From a virus (lineage: Duplodnaviria; Caudoviricetes): a stretch of 64,000 nucleotides of DNA. The notes beneath the pieces were generated by a model, which saw only the letters and a list, made by a program, of their open reading frames with translations, had not been told where the DNA came from and searched no databases. Shown piece after piece: positions 63,822-64,000 of the stretch. Every line of letters begins with the position of its first letter. Within the stretch, counting starts at the first letter, position 1. The stretch is from positions 224,001-288,000 of IMG/VR virus record IMGVR_UViG_3300037247_001786. One strand, written 5' to 3'. The translations under genes were made by a program, and so were the position numbers.

Positions 63822-64000
63822 ATGAGTAGTAAATTAGATAAAATAAGTGTAGGTTACTCCGGTCTTACAGATTCGATATACTTATATCGGTTTGGTAAAG
63901 ACCAAGGTGAAGCTCTCGATAAGAGAGATGCAGAGAAAGATGTTCTTGCTTGTATTACAGAAAAAATGATGTGGGGAGCAGACAAAGGGTCATCGATGGA
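63822..64000 (+). CDS. Hypothetical protein, truncated by window end
   Basis: RBS GGAG; MSSKLDKISVGYSGLTDSIY... open to 64000. Confidence 0.5.
   Translation, partial: MSSKLDKISVGYSGLTDSIYLYRFGKDQGEALDKRDAEKDVLACITEKMMWGADKGSSM

Noticed and set aside
1-64000. Alternative genetic code (stop-codon reassignment, common in huge phages)
   Set aside because: Conserved genes are full length under code 11 and end in TAA, TAG and TGA with tight operon packing
1-64000. tRNA, rRNA or CRISPR features
   Set aside because: Intergenic gaps are short and accounted for by promoters, terminators and hairpins; no cloverleaf or repeat-spacer pattern seen by eye (tRNAscan would be decisive)

Overview
AT-rich, densely coding, mostly + strand window that reads best as part of a large (jumbo/huge) dsDNA bacteriophage genome. 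It has many short orphan ORFs, phage-type nucleotide and RNA-repair enzymes and a non-bacterial gene order, but no ribosomal-protein or rRNA genes. No capsid or terminase gene is recognisable here, so the phage call is an inference. Standard genetic code. Main blocks: (1) 0.5-2.5 kb DUF1257, peptide deformylase and radical SAM; (2) 2.5-23.3 kb, an island of about 25 apparently soluble glycosylation genes (GT2/GT4/GT9-like, WbpI/D/B-like, NeuA-dehydrogenase fusion, NeuB, sulfotransferase, Gmd, two kinase+methyltransferase pairs); (3) 23.5-35.6 kb histone-H1-like protein, nucleotidyltransferase, TopA, a Clp-type AAA+/M41 protease fusion and dNMP kinase; (4) 36-42.5 kb DnaX, SigH-like sigma factor, beta clamp, delta and a RuvC-like resolvase whose RBS lies inside a hairpin; (5) 42.5-50.3 kb proteins sharing an N-terminal M-x-W-Y-K motif, a CCA-adding enzyme resembling the fungal/plant type, and a large FN3/beta-propeller protein; (6) 50.4-55.6 kb C39 peptidase, PAS histidine kinase and two stand-alone response regulators flanking an operon with a tandem-hairpin leader; (7) 55.7-64 kb ThyA, HNH-RNA ligase, two PNK-like kinases, HAD phosphatase, thioredoxin, SSB and a degenerate ABC ATPase. 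A recurrent sigma70-type promoter with a conserved AGTGAAA spacer element marks about 10 intergenic gaps. Family calls come from motifs read by eye, not database searches.
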